A DNA stretch of 64,000 nucleotides from an uncultured bacterium (GCA_963704645.1 OY969926.1:1208641-1272640), one strand, 5' to 3'; positions 40,501 through 50,242 are shown, counted from the first letter of the stretch. The notes: a model not told the origin generated them from the sequence alone. Numbers and translations are program-made.

Positions 40501-41150
40501 CCCTCACCTTCACAAATACCCTTCTCTACTTTAAGCACAATATCATTAAAGTCATAGTCTAACCAATCTTCAAAAGAAAGAGAAAATGAATTGTTTCCTA
40601 AGTTTACTTGTTTTACTCTACTGGAATCTGTAGAAAGAATTGTTTTAGGAGATTGCGAGTAAAAGGGAGTTATTTTTAGAATTAGGTCTTGGCCTGAAAG
40701 GAAGTTTCCAAGAAGAATAGAATCTGATTTTGTAGTAAGGTTATTGTAATTATCTGAAATTAGTTTGTCAGAACCATCTGGATTACCAGCCACTAAATAC
40801 AATTTACCCCCTGCTCCATCATTACTTATTCTTGAAATGTAATAACAGCCTGTGCTTTGGATGGTTAGTTTGTTTGGCGGAGTCTCAGGTGGTTCTTCCT
40901 GAGTATCTAAGTCCTCTTGATCTTCTCCATTGGAAGAATTAAGTTTAGATTGTCCTGGCTCTTGAGTTTTAGGCCTATCTTTAGCATATTTAATTTTAGC
41001 TGGATCATAGTTATTAAAGCTAGTTTTAGCGTTTGATGATAGTGAAAGTATTGGGTTTAAAAGGGTTAAAATTACTAGAATGAGGGTGATTGGTAAAGAG
41101 AGAGGGTTTTTCCAATTGTGTATTAAAGTCTTTTGTTCTTTGTTTGTCAT
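37584..41150 (-). CDS. Secreted multidomain protein: DUF4114-like, Pro/Thr linker, 2x PA14, Ig-like, C-terminal alpha/beta-hydrolase (lipase-like)
   Basis: Signal peptide; FEDWLDYDFNDIV; DYFSAKF..YDDGMKLVING and DNFSGYF..ADDGTEIILDG (PA14); VSHGMN, LDWS, GHSMG and ALDP. Confidence 0.88.
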   Translation of the reverse strand: MTNKEQKTLIHNWKNPLSLPITLILVILTLLNPILSLSSNAKTSFNNYDPAKIKYAKDRPKTQEPGQSKLNSSNGEDQEDLDTQEEPPETPPNKLTIQSTGCYYISRISNDGAGGKLYLVAGNPDGSDKLISDNYNNLTTKSDSILLGNFLSGQDLILKITPFYSQSPKTILSTDSSRVKQVNLGNNSFSLSFEDWLDYDFNDIVLKVEKGICEGEGEPEPPSNPEPPVTPTPITEEEKQKRLEEWKRPEPQNSVRPTIPTPTLPQVPTVTPVINTPTIQGESRFSPTMPIASSTPISKPNASGGQGVSATLAPTTSATLPTQKTTATSSPTTSPTTTATPLGPELTLSQAQLAPATITGTPLYNECNYPALPYDNWCAQYYNNNPYSGIMSYSENYYPSRDSLGRTDYINKDWGYGNPGGITPSDYFSAKFSKKQWFDSGHYKFYTGYDDGMKLVINGNLILDKWENPAADTDTRIDLPTGWHIMEVYYQEKTGSAKLSLSWELACKTNNNFSDWCVEFYPNKFQTGIPVKPVTRAGDFWDDNWGNNNPTVNLTKGGINSFSGTYLNSPSGISSLPADNFSGYFTKMHYFPASTYTFISKADDGTEIILDGTRIINQSGCCSETRTDRYLTEGWYLLQVKFREDGGQAAFALRWEYTDKTPPAGYITNPPPGVNYMGVVGNSFTVTANPYDQGAIQSGIASVDFFAYYDNSLKYLGTSYNTGGIPLYSANLDLTKLSKYNTGSQDIELSITVKDKAGNITTVAGGSRWITYSYSNIIEQNFTVNDGYNNYTSANLRIENPNITGNSANLKASYSTSGQNRNVWIVSHGMNNSRDNMTDLASAIIQNTKEVNGTEDIVLTLDWSQGANSGLANPTDTDKWIEPTAIQIKKKLTDWGFTNKDKLFLMGHSMGTIMSAEISSQFGNQAKLLIALDPPRSTAPIGQFTTNDVTGRIFNSFASRAQRTVAYVGRGYLSGSICGSYAFTTTANEAYQVYLPEQNDTTAVCPAHGSVVKSITSMYRDRRIQNGLLAINNTAAGTFTRTRLIDDVYPIDVNGMIYATQDSNIQYLAYLQNNRINLVGKTPRVSELTEYWLKGFPIYITNIPNFSADSERIGLITSGPNSINYRYQIVSKNNKPVIQLSKKDTYDQNFSAFTDFAEIDGGRADVSKLQSDLVLLNSGLLQKTFISK

Positions 41151-41766
41151 AAGTCTTGCACTGAAAATTTGAATGCTTAACTATGCAAATATACTTTATA
41201 TATGTCAAACTATTTATGTGGTTATTTTGGAATTAGTTGTTAGTTTTCTAGACAGTGCTTTAATTCTTACCATAAGTATAGCTGTTGAAAGTTAGTAAAG
41301 TAGTTTGGTTTATAGCACTAACAACCCTCCGCACAATTCCCTAATAATATATCTATTCATTTTAAAAATCGGTATTCCCCCCTATTCAAAGCAACCTTAG
41401 ATTAATTTATTAATTATAATAATAGATAATTGATCAATATTTATATTTATTATCTTATAAATTTATAGATAACAATTTTATTATTAAATACTATAGATTA
41501 TTATTTTGGTAGTTTATTTGTTGGAAAGTTTTAGTTGGTAGCTTAATTTATTAAACCTTAATATTATTTTTATTTAATACTTGCCCAAATGTTAATTCAA
41601 AACAGGACCAATCAAAAGTTCGAAGTGTGTCCGCAACGGTCTGCCAAAGCCTCACGGCGATTGAGCCAAGTGCTAGTGTTTACACTAAGCATGAGAAAGC
41701 TTGAATTTATTTCAAGCGGAAGCGAGGGGAATTAAACAAAAATACAAACGGTTTTTAATATATAAT

Positions 41767-41793
41767 TGTAGCGGAGGGTTTATCCCTCCATTA
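41767..41793 (+). repeat. GTAG-type REP-like palindrome
   Basis: TGTAGCGGAGGG-TTTAT-CCCTCCATTA. Confidence 0.6.
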
Positions 41794-41825
41794 ATAATGG
41801 ATGAAGTGAGGAAGGAAATAAGGTA

Positions 41826-42515
41826 TTACAAATCAAGTAAATCAGCTAATTCAATTAAGTTATTTACCATTGGAAAAATATTACTTTCTTCCTTAGCTTT
41901 AAGTAGAACTAAATTGTCTATTCCTGCCTGTTTTGCTCCTTTAAGGAAGCTAACTTTGTCATCAATAAATAATATTTCTGAGGGCTTGTGTTCCGAGCGA
42001 TCAATGGCAATTTTATAAATTCTTAAGTTGGGTTTCTGAACTCCTTCTTCCCACGACAAAATAATATGTTTGAAATATTGATCAATATTATTTAACTTTA
42101 ATTCAAAATGTCTTCGTGATGGAAGGGCATTACTTAAAACACCAAGTTCATATTTTTTGGATAATTTTTCTAAACCTTCTATAACCCCATCTTTTATTCT
42201 AAAATCTGCCTTAATACGATATTCGCTTAGTTTAGTTATTAATTCTTCTGTGTAAGAAATTCCTGAATAATCACACATTCTTCTGTGAAATCTATTAATA
42301 ATTCTATACTCATCATCAAGTGTTTTAATATAGTTAAATTCGTCTGCTTCCTCTTTTTGCAAAGCCACAACTTCCATAACTATTTTGTCATAATTTTCAG
42401 GGTTAAATCCTAATTCCCTTGCAATGTTATCTCCGTCTTTTGTTCTTCTTTCAAATAATACATCCCCAGCGTCTAGGTAAATAAATTTGGGTTGTTTGAT
42501 TGTTGGGGTGGGCAT
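41826..42515 (-). CDS. HAD-superfamily hydrolase (subfamily IA)
   Basis: IYLDAGDVLF, VLSNA, QKP and LFIDDK motifs. Confidence 0.9.
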   Translation of the reverse strand: MPTPTIKQPKFIYLDAGDVLFERRTKDGDNIARELGFNPENYDKIVMEVVALQKEEADEFNYIKTLDDEYRIINRFHRRMCDYSGISYTEELITKLSEYRIKADFRIKDGVIEGLEKLSKKYELGVLSNALPSRRHFELKLNNIDQYFKHIILSWEEGVQKPNLRIYKIAIDRSEHKPSEILFIDDKVSFLKGAKQAGIDNLVLLKAKEESNIFPMVNNLIELADLLDL

Positions 42516-42550
42516 GGTTTGGTGGTGTTAACCTCTTCATTTAAAGAATT

Positions 42551-45500
42551 TTAATGTTGAGTTTTTTTCCCAAAAGCATCAACTAATTTTATAATTTCAT
42601 TATTATTCTTTTGTTTTTCACAGAGCCCCTCAAGGCTATCTTTAATTGTACTTGTTTCTAATTGTTTTTTATCTAATTTATTTATTAAATACTCAAAAGA
42701 TGAAATTATTGGTTTCATACTATAACTATCAGTCAACATAAAGAATTCATTTTTACAAAGCATACCAAGTAGATTTTCAAGTATGTTGTCAGTTTCTAAA
42801 GAATTTAGTCTTATTAAATTATCAAAGAAACTTTCATTCCCATATATCCTTATAAAATATTGATAAGGAGTATTTAAAACTTTTTCTAAAATTTCCTCAC
42901 CCCAAAAATTATAAAACCTTTCAACCTCTTCTATATTTTGAGCTTTCTCAAGAGTGTCAAAAAACTTGTTAAAACTTGCTGTAGTTACAGTTTTTGCTTC
43001 TTGTCCTACAACTTGTAGGTTTTCTCTAAAGTATGAATTCTGCCATTCCAAGAGTAAACTAAAGTTATTTTTTAGTCGCTGTTTAGCTTTTACAGGATTA
43101 GGAATATTGGGCCGATCTAAAGTTTCATTTCTTTCAATCTCATACCTGTATCCCTCTGCGTGAGATGCAAAAATATGGAGTAATTTTGATTTCAATACAA
43201 TACTTTTATCCAAGTAGTCCGAATAAATTGTTTCAAAAATACCATAATAAACATTCAAGTGGTTAATTATTTCAAGCGAAATGTTTTCTTTCTCTATTTT
43301 TTCATATTTAAACAGTTGTTTTACCAATTCTACAAGATTTGTTTTATACAAGGGATTATATGCCATGCTCTTAGCACGGTTAAAAATAGACAAGGTCAAT
43401 TCCGCCCTACCGTCAGATAATATATTGCTTTCGTTTAGAGTTTTACTAATAATATTATAAACTAAACCATCTTTAGCCCACATTTCATCTGTTATTCCAT
43501 TGTACATAAAGCAATATAAAATTGCACTGCATCCAAGGTAGTCTTTCTTGCTAAATTCTTGAAGCATTATATTACCTATTTCTGTTTGAAAATCAGGCAC
43601 TTTTTGATAAATCTTCAAACCCAACAATATCCAAATTAAACCTATATTAGTGTTAATAAGCAGTGATATTAGCTCATATCCACTGTTATTTTCTCTGTTA
43701 CTTGTCCATCTTTTTTGATCATGCTGAGGGTCATTATAGTTACTTACAAGTTTGATTAACATGTTTTTTAATACAATCAATTGCCCCCCTCTAACACCGT
43801 CATTTCCAAGTAATTTTTCCCAGTAATTAACAACTCTTGCTACTAAGTCCTTTTTAAAATATTGTTTTTCTACAAGATTTATTGAGAATTGAAATTTTCT
43901 TTCGTCATCTAAATTAGACTGTACTATTCCATAAACAAGGTTGTATATCCATCTAAATATAATAACAGAATTATTTTGCCCTTCCTGAATACAAAGTGGT
44001 GGTTTTGAAAGCCAAATATCACAAATGTCTAGTAATTGTATTGCTAAATCTGGCTTTTCCTTAGCCATATTTTCTAACATTATTGGTACTGCTCTTTCTT
44101 CAGATTCAAATCCATATATTTTTAAACCATTTATCAAGCAATCATATAATTTATCTTGCCACTCATCTAAACTAAAACCTAAATAATTTTCCCATTTACT
44201 GCCACCATTTTTTATTAGCTCTTCAATTTCATTTGTTTGCACAAAGTGACCTCCTTTATTCATTTTGTAACCTATCCAGTCACGAGACCATTCGTGTTCA
44301 ATAGAATAATCTTCTAATTTGTTTTTTTCTTTTTGCCAATCTGAATAAGCTTTTAAAAATAGTTTCAATGTCTTTAGTTGCTCCCATTTTTGATCATGAT
44401 AAGTTTTAAAAACAGTAAAATATACACCCTCTCGCTTATATATTTTTTCAGAAAGTAATTTTTCTATAAAAATATCTCTTTCTATTTGTGGTAAATTCAA
44501 TATATACTGCTTTAAAAGGGTAAACCATCTATATCGACCTTCTTGTTTTGTGATATCCTGTTTTATATCACTTTCGTTAAAACCAAAAGTAAAATTATCT
44601 TCTTTATATCCATTCAGAACAACATTTTTACTTTTAATAACCTTCAGATTTCTGTTAGGCTCAAAATTATCTAAAAATAAATCAGAAGAAAAATCATAAT
44701 CTCTTAAAAATCCTAACAATACAATTTCTAACCACAAATCATTTTCAATATAAGTTGTTGGAATACTTTGTGAAAGAATTTTATATATATTATCACCAAT
44801 ATGTTCTAAATCATATTTTTCGCCTCTCCAACTCGACATTAAATCAGTATTTACATACTCTGCTTTCATCGGCTTGCCTTTAAGCAAAGCCTTAATAAAG
44901 GAAAGAACATTTTTTCTACTACTTTTAATGTATTGTTCAGATTGATTAGCTTTAACCAAAAAGTCTGACGCAGTTACTTTTACATAACTATCTGATTCAG
45001 CTAGTTTAACTATTGTTTTTTGTAAATTATCTGGTAGACCCTCAAAGTTTTGTTGAATTGCTAGAATGCAGCTATTCTTTAGAGGATTATAGGTAGTTTT
45101 ATTGATTAAATCAGTAACAAATTGTTCAACTTCTCTTTTTTGATCTTCTGTAGCTATAAGATAAAACTCTTTAAGCCAATTTAAAAATGCAAATTTCGCA
45201 TTTATCCAGTCAATACCTCGTTGATTATAATAGTTAGTTTCAGGGTCTAGTGTTTCTTGTTTTAAATCAAATCTTGTGACTATGTCTTTGATAAATTTAA
45301 ACCAAAAAGGAGAATGCTCATTGATTATAGAAGTCAGTACGCGGAATGTTTCATTTAAATCAATTGAACTAGCTTCACTTATAATTTGTTTGGTAAATTT
45401 TATTTGATTTTCTTCTGCAAGTATTTCAATTAGCCTAGTAGAAATTTGTATTTTATCTATTTTTTTTTCTATTTTCTTAAAAGCCTCATAAAGACCTTTA

Positions 45501-46195
45501 ATTGAAGATTCTACAGCTTGTTTTTTCAGTATATTTTCTTCCGTATTTTGAATTTTTTGCCTATTTATTTCTACTAATTTTATTACATTTGGATCGCTAT
45601 ACGATTCATAAGCAGCTTTAACTTGTGGAAAAATTATGTTATAAAAACTTTGCCTATCATTAGTTATTTTATTCCTTGAATTGAAGTAAATAGTGTACTC
45701 TAAATCTTCAAATTTTTTCTGTTTTCCCTTCCTCTCCCATTCTGCTTTTTCTTCATTAAAAATTTTTAGCCAATCCTCCCTACTTTTCCACTCATAAAAA
45801 ATAACAAATTTTTCTTTATCACCATTTACCCAGTACGCCACTATAAAAATAAAACCTTCCGTATAAGAAGCATATAGAGGTAAATGCCATAAAGGTACTG
45901 GTTTACTTGAACTAAATTTTTCATCATTGTTGTTCCACAACCAATTATCAATTTTATCACCAGTAATATTTGCATCATTTTTCCCCTTAACTTGACACAT
46001 GAGACGATAACTGGCTTTTGAATTATCCGAATTACCATGATCAACTATTTGAATATAACCATCGTCCGCCAAGCCTTTATCAGTTTTATTTAATTGAAGC
46101 TTAAACAATTGCCCCTGTGAATATGGATCGCAAAGAATATTTTCCACCATATTAACAGCTATTAATTCAATATTAGATGAATCTGATTGTGACAT
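42551..46195 (-). CDS. 1214-aa protein: N-terminal DUF4365-like PD-(D/E)xK nuclease plus a long alpha-helical region; candidate defence protein
   Basis: E..AV..VE..L, DKGLADDGYIQI and LMCQVKG motifs. No Walker A motif was seen. Confidence 0.7.
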   Translation of the reverse strand: MSQSDSSNIELIAVNMVENILCDPYSQGQLFKLQLNKTDKGLADDGYIQIVDHGNSDNSKASYRLMCQVKGKNDANITGDKIDNWLWNNNDEKFSSSKPVPLWHLPLYASYTEGFIFIVAYWVNGDKEKFVIFYEWKSREDWLKIFNEEKAEWERKGKQKKFEDLEYTIYFNSRNKITNDRQSFYNIIFPQVKAAYESYSDPNVIKLVEINRQKIQNTEENILKKQAVESSIKGLYEAFKKIEKKIDKIQISTRLIEILAEENQIKFTKQIISEASSIDLNETFRVLTSIINEHSPFWFKFIKDIVTRFDLKQETLDPETNYYNQRGIDWINAKFAFLNWLKEFYLIATEDQKREVEQFVTDLINKTTYNPLKNSCILAIQQNFEGLPDNLQKTIVKLAESDSYVKVTASDFLVKANQSEQYIKSSRKNVLSFIKALLKGKPMKAEYVNTDLMSSWRGEKYDLEHIGDNIYKILSQSIPTTYIENDLWLEIVLLGFLRDYDFSSDLFLDNFEPNRNLKVIKSKNVVLNGYKEDNFTFGFNESDIKQDITKQEGRYRWFTLLKQYILNLPQIERDIFIEKLLSEKIYKREGVYFTVFKTYHDQKWEQLKTLKLFLKAYSDWQKEKNKLEDYSIEHEWSRDWIGYKMNKGGHFVQTNEIEELIKNGGSKWENYLGFSLDEWQDKLYDCLINGLKIYGFESEERAVPIMLENMAKEKPDLAIQLLDICDIWLSKPPLCIQEGQNNSVIIFRWIYNLVYGIVQSNLDDERKFQFSINLVEKQYFKKDLVARVVNYWEKLLGNDGVRGGQLIVLKNMLIKLVSNYNDPQHDQKRWTSNRENNSGYELISLLINTNIGLIWILLGLKIYQKVPDFQTEIGNIMLQEFSKKDYLGCSAILYCFMYNGITDEMWAKDGLVYNIISKTLNESNILSDGRAELTLSIFNRAKSMAYNPLYKTNLVELVKQLFKYEKIEKENISLEIINHLNVYYGIFETIYSDYLDKSIVLKSKLLHIFASHAEGYRYEIERNETLDRPNIPNPVKAKQRLKNNFSLLLEWQNSYFRENLQVVGQEAKTVTTASFNKFFDTLEKAQNIEEVERFYNFWGEEILEKVLNTPYQYFIRIYGNESFFDNLIRLNSLETDNILENLLGMLCKNEFFMLTDSYSMKPIISSFEYLINKLDKKQLETSTIKDSLEGLCEKQKNNNEIIKLVDAFGKKTQH

Positions 46196-46463
46196 AAATA
46201 AATTTTAATTTTAACTCTTACAAATTTTTCTAGCTTCGCTAATTAAAGTACTCCGAATTATAGGCACAATACATAATATTTCATCTAGCATAATTTGAAT
46301 AAATGAAGTGTCTTATACCGCCAGTTGTCAATCAAATTCATTCCTTCTTTTAACTTTAAAAAGTCCTGACTTCAATACATCCTTTTTTTGAATGAATCTG
46401 GATATTCAGCAATAAAATTAGCAATCTCAGTATTTTTTCATAGTAATCTAATTTAACAGTAAT

Positions 46464-47129
46464 TTACTCAATCTTCCTAATACTTTCCAAACTACCAACC
46501 ACCTCCACCACCCCAAAACTCCGCAAAGCCCTTCCGCCCAAACCTTCAAACACTTTACACACCCTAGCCGAGTCATCAACTAAAACACAGTTTGATATTT
46601 CCACACCCAAGCTTTCCGCTTTATCTATAAAATACTGACCATTATTGGTAGTTTTAAAAATTCCTAAATTGTACGAATTTTCTATTTCATCAAAGCTTTC
46701 CATTAAAATTAAATTACTTGGTAAAGTAAATCTATCAAAACTATCCATGTTTCCAGTTGCTAGAATACAATAGTAATCTTTTCTTAATTCCTGAATTTTT
46801 TCTAAGACAGAAGTTGATATATCAATGTTTCTACAACCTCTTTCAAAAATTTCAAATAGCTCTGAAAATGGTACTCCAACTGCATTATTTAGAATTTCAT
46901 GAATTTCTTCACTGGTGTATTTTCCAAGCATCCAGTCTTTTATAATTTCTGGCTTTTCTTTAAACAAAAAGTTCTCTATTGGTTGATGATAAGTATTTAG
47001 TGGATGAGCTTTATCTTCGAGATCTTTCCAAAAATTATCATAAGAAATTACTCCGTTAAAGTCTACAAATAGAATTGGCTTAATAATTTTATTGCTGTTC
47101 ATAACAAATACAAAATGTGCAGCAAGCAA
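46464..47129 (-). CDS. HAD-like hydrolase
   Basis: LFVDFNGVIS, LATGN, K and LVDDS motifs. The likely start is ATG 47102. Confidence 0.8.
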   Translation of the reverse strand: MLAAHFVFVMNSNKIIKPILFVDFNGVISYDNFWKDLEDKAHPLNTYHQPIENFLFKEKPEIIKDWMLGKYTSEEIHEILNNAVGVPFSELFEIFERGCRNIDISTSVLEKIQELRKDYYCILATGNMDSFDRFTLPSNLILMESFDEIENSYNLGIFKTTNNGQYFIDKAESLGVEISNCVLVDDSARVCKVFEGLGGRALRSFGVVEVVGSLESIRKIE

Positions 47130-47152
47130 GCATCTTTATGATATTTATAAAC

Positions 47153-47671
47153 CTAATTATCTTGAAGTGTTTTTAATAAAGCAAAATAGGCTGGTTTTGG
47201 TTTATAGTTTCGGTTGAATATATTAGGGTGGTAGTTTTCCATTTTACCTGGTACATTATCACCGTACCATATATGATTATCAGAAATATTCCAAACTGAA
47301 AAACCAGTACAGTTACTAGAAAGCATGCAGGAAAGCAAATAATTACTATAGGTATTAGCTTGCTTTTTTAGCTGCTCCTCTTTAGGCGAAGAAAGTTTAT
47401 CTTCATAAAGAAGAACATCCATTTCTATAATTCTAACCTTTAAACCTAGTTTTTGATATGCCTGAATAGTTTTATACATTGGGTAATTTTGAATATTATC
47501 TTTATTAAAAGCTTCTTTATCAAGCATTTTATTATTTGTAATATGAGACTGAATTCCTACTCTGTCTATGGGAACACCAGCCTTTAGTAAATTAGAGGCC
47601 ATATAATACATATTTTTAGACTTTATACTTCTGCTTTTATTTAGATTTGGCGAATTATACAAAAATAGCAC
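47153..47671 (-). pseudogene. C-terminal half of a GH10 (endo-1,4-beta-xylanase-like) glycoside hydrolase
   Basis: GVPIDRVGIQSH, KVRIIEMDV (nucleophile motif), NCTGFSVWNISD and YKPKPAY. The N-terminal half with the WDVVNE acid/base motif is absent. Confidence 0.8.
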
Positions 47672-47691
47672 CTAAAGTAATACTTTTTATT

Positions 47692-47720
47692 TTGACCAAA
47701 ACACTTTAACAGGCAATAAT
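47692..47720 (+). promoter_or_regulatory. Conserved promoter-like box, copy 1
   Basis: TTGACC-17 nt-AATAAT; near-identical copies at 50292, 52959 and 55510. Confidence 0.6.
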
Positions 47721-47764
47721 GGTTTAAAATATCATTAAATAAATGATTAAAACAAAAACAAAAT

Positions 47765-50242
47765 ATGGAAAACTTAAAAAATAATAAAGTTCTGTTTATA
47801 AACAACATAAAAAAGCTTTTTAGAAATAAGGTGTTTTTAGTTTGTTTACTGATTGCACTGGTTGTTGGTAGCGTTTCTAGTGCATTGTATTTTGATAGAG
47901 AAAAAAAGGTTGCTAGGGCTAAAGATTCAATTTGTGCGTCCGCTGGGCAGACATTGGTATTAAAAATTACTTACACTATTCCTGCAAATACTGATACACA
48001 AACTAGCTATCTTGATCCAGGTGGTACGCCTGACCTTGTATCTGGTACAAATACTAATGTCGAACATTATTATTATTATGACTACGATCCCGTAAATGAT
48101 GATCTTAAAAGAACCGGTACAAATTCTACAGTGTTAAGCGGTCCTGCAGGTCCTTATTTTGGAGCTCATATTTATACGCTAAATGGAGGTGAGCCCGTAA
48201 TTGGTCGACCTGGTAATCCGGATAAAGAATTCTATATATACAATATTTCATTTACAAATCAACTTTTTGAAACATCTGGTCCTAATGATCTTACATCGAA
48301 TATGAGGCTAATGCAACCATATGTAAGTATGGGCTATTATAATCGCTCGCCAGACCCCAACAATCCTGGCCAGTTTATTACAGACCCCCAGCCTGTTTCA
48401 GTACCTGTTGTTCCAGATGTAGCCTTAATATCATGCATTTCTGGAGACGCAGACAGTGATACCATTGCAGACACAATTGACAACTGCCCTGATGATCCTA
48501 ATACTAACCAGCTAGACTCAGATAACGATAGTGTTGGTAATGAATGTGACAACTGCCCTGCTGACCCCAACCCAGATCAAGCGGATACAGATAATGATGG
48601 AGTTGGTGATGCATGTGCTACTAATAATAGTTCAAACCGCATCCTAGACTGCCGCCTACCCCCTGCAGGCAATCCTAGTTCAACCAATTATGATGAATGG
48701 ACAAAAGTAGCACCAATCATAGTTCCAAACTACGCTAGGCTTAATAGAGATATTTTTGGTCTCACAATGGACAGTGCTTCTAACTTGTATGTTTTAAATG
48801 CTCCTTCTAGAAGTTTGTATGGAGGTGGTGTAAGTGGTGTATCTACTCAAGATGCTTTGTATTCTTCTCCTATGAGTATGACTAAACTTACTCCTTCTAC
48901 ATCTAACAAGAATGTTCCTGGATCTGTAAGTGTTATTGACATCCCAGGTCTTAATGGAAGACCAATGGATTTGGATATGAAGTCTTTTAAAGGTACTGAT
49001 GATAATATTTATGTTTATGGGTTGTATAAAGTTAATTCTAACCCCTTAGTTGGATCAAGCGATGTAGCTGGAGACGTAGCTGGTTTTATTGCTGTAGTTA
49101 ATAAAGATACAGGAGCTAATACTTTACTAAGTAGTGATATTCCTGCAGGAGGATTTGAAAAAGCTTTTGCTGACATTGCTGTTAATAACCAAGGCCAAGT
49201 ATTCTTCGATGATGTAAGAAGTGCTACCACTCCAACTAATGTATACAGTTACCAACCAAGATTACAAGCTTCTGGTACTGTAGATGTAACTTTTATGGAT
49301 TACGCAGATAATACTTTCTTCGATGTAGCTGCGGATAATAGTGGTAATGTGTATTCTTTGTTTACTGGTCAAAGTGATGTGTATAAAAATGCAACTCGTT
49401 TAAATCTAACCCTTCCTGCTAACGGCGACGGAGGAGATATTGAAATTGCTGATGCAGATAATACATACAATACAAGCTTAACTGGAGATAATTACATTTA
49501 CTATACTGCTGGAGATGGAAGCGGCAGTGGCCCAGCTTTAGTTAGAGTATCTCAGGGTGGCACACCAGAGCCAATAACTAGTAACAGTGACCCAGTAGAT
49601 TCAAACTTCATAGCTTCTAATGTAGGAAGAATGGATAAAGTAATTTTAGATTTAGATAATCAAGTAATTTATTACAAAAATGGAAGTAGAACCGCTAATA
49701 ACCCAGATCAGACTATTGGTAAGATTTATTGCCCAGATCCAGCAAATCCAAACGAACCAAGACCTCCATTTGTACCACCAACCACAACTCCAGGTGGTGA
49801 CCCGGATCAAATTATCTTTCTTGGAGGAGGTACTGGTGGAACTGGAAGTACAGGAACTACTACTGGAACAACAACGGGGACTACTACAACTGGAACGACC
49901 ACGACTGGAAGTACAACTGGAGGAACAACTGGTACTCCTAACCTAACCCTAGTTAAAACAAGTAGTGGTACTGGTAGTATTTTAAACCAAGGTCAGACTA
50001 TTACTTATACTTTAACTGTTGGGAATAGTGGTGATGCAGCTTCATTACCTTTTATAGTAAATGACAATCTACCCTTAAATGTTACCTTCTCTGGCATAGG
50101 AACTTGTACTGCATCTTTCCCTGCTGGAATTACTGTTTCTACTTGTAGTTATGATAGTGTAAATAGAAGGCTTACTTGGAATATTAGTAGTTTACCTGCT
50201 GGTAGTGGTGGTAATATTAGTTTTGCTGTGGTAGTGAATTAG
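47765..50242 (+). CDS. Adhesin-like protein 1: signal, variable Cys-bounded domain, TSP type-3 repeats, propeller-like constant domain, Thr/Gly linker, C-terminally truncated DUF11
   Basis: KKVARA signal end; [20 protein letters not shown]; ends [45 protein letters not shown]. Confidence 0.9.
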   Translation: MENLKNNKVLFINNIKKLFRNKVFLVCLLIALVVGSVSSALYFDREKKVARAKDSICASAGQTLVLKITYTIPANTDTQTSYLDPGGTPDLVSGTNTNVEHYYYYDYDPVNDDLKRTGTNSTVLSGPAGPYFGAHIYTLNGGEPVIGRPGNPDKEFYIYNISFTNQLFETSGPNDLTSNMRLMQPYVSMGYYNRSPDPNNPGQFITDPQPVSVPVVPDVALISCISGDADSDTIADTIDNCPDDPNTNQLDSDNDSVGNECDNCPADPNPDQADTDNDGVGDACATNNSSNRILDCRLPPAGNPSSTNYDEWTKVAPIIVPNYARLNRDIFGLTMDSASNLYVLNAPSRSLYGGGVSGVSTQDALYSSPMSMTKLTPSTSNKNVPGSVSVIDIPGLNGRPMDLDMKSFKGTDDNIYVYGLYKVNSNPLVGSSDVAGDVAGFIAVVNKDTGANTLLSSDIPAGGFEKAFADIAVNNQGQVFFDDVRSATTPTNVYSYQPRLQASGTVDVTFMDYADNTFFDVAADNSGNVYSLFTGQSDVYKNATRLNLTLPANGDGGDIEIADADNTYNTSLTGDNYIYYTAGDGSGSGPALVRVSQGGTPEPITSNSDPVDSNFIASNVGRMDKVILDLDNQVIYYKNGSRTANNPDQTIGKIYCPDPANPNEPRPPFVPPTTTPGGDPDQIIFLGGGTGGTGSTGTTTGTTTGTTTTGTTTTGSTTGGTTGTPNLTLVKTSSGTGSILNQGQTITYTLTVGNSGDAASLPFIVNDNLPLNVTFSGIGTCTASFPAGITVSTCSYDSVNRRLTWNISSLPAGSGGNISFAVVVN

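Noticed and set aside
41701-42018. 105-aa plus-strand ORF
   Set aside because: It has a TTG start within hairpins and overlaps the HAD gene antisense.
32705-47700. tRNA-Trp-anchored integrative island
   Set aside because: Accessory genes follow the tRNA, but I found no integrase and no duplicated tRNA 3' end in the window.
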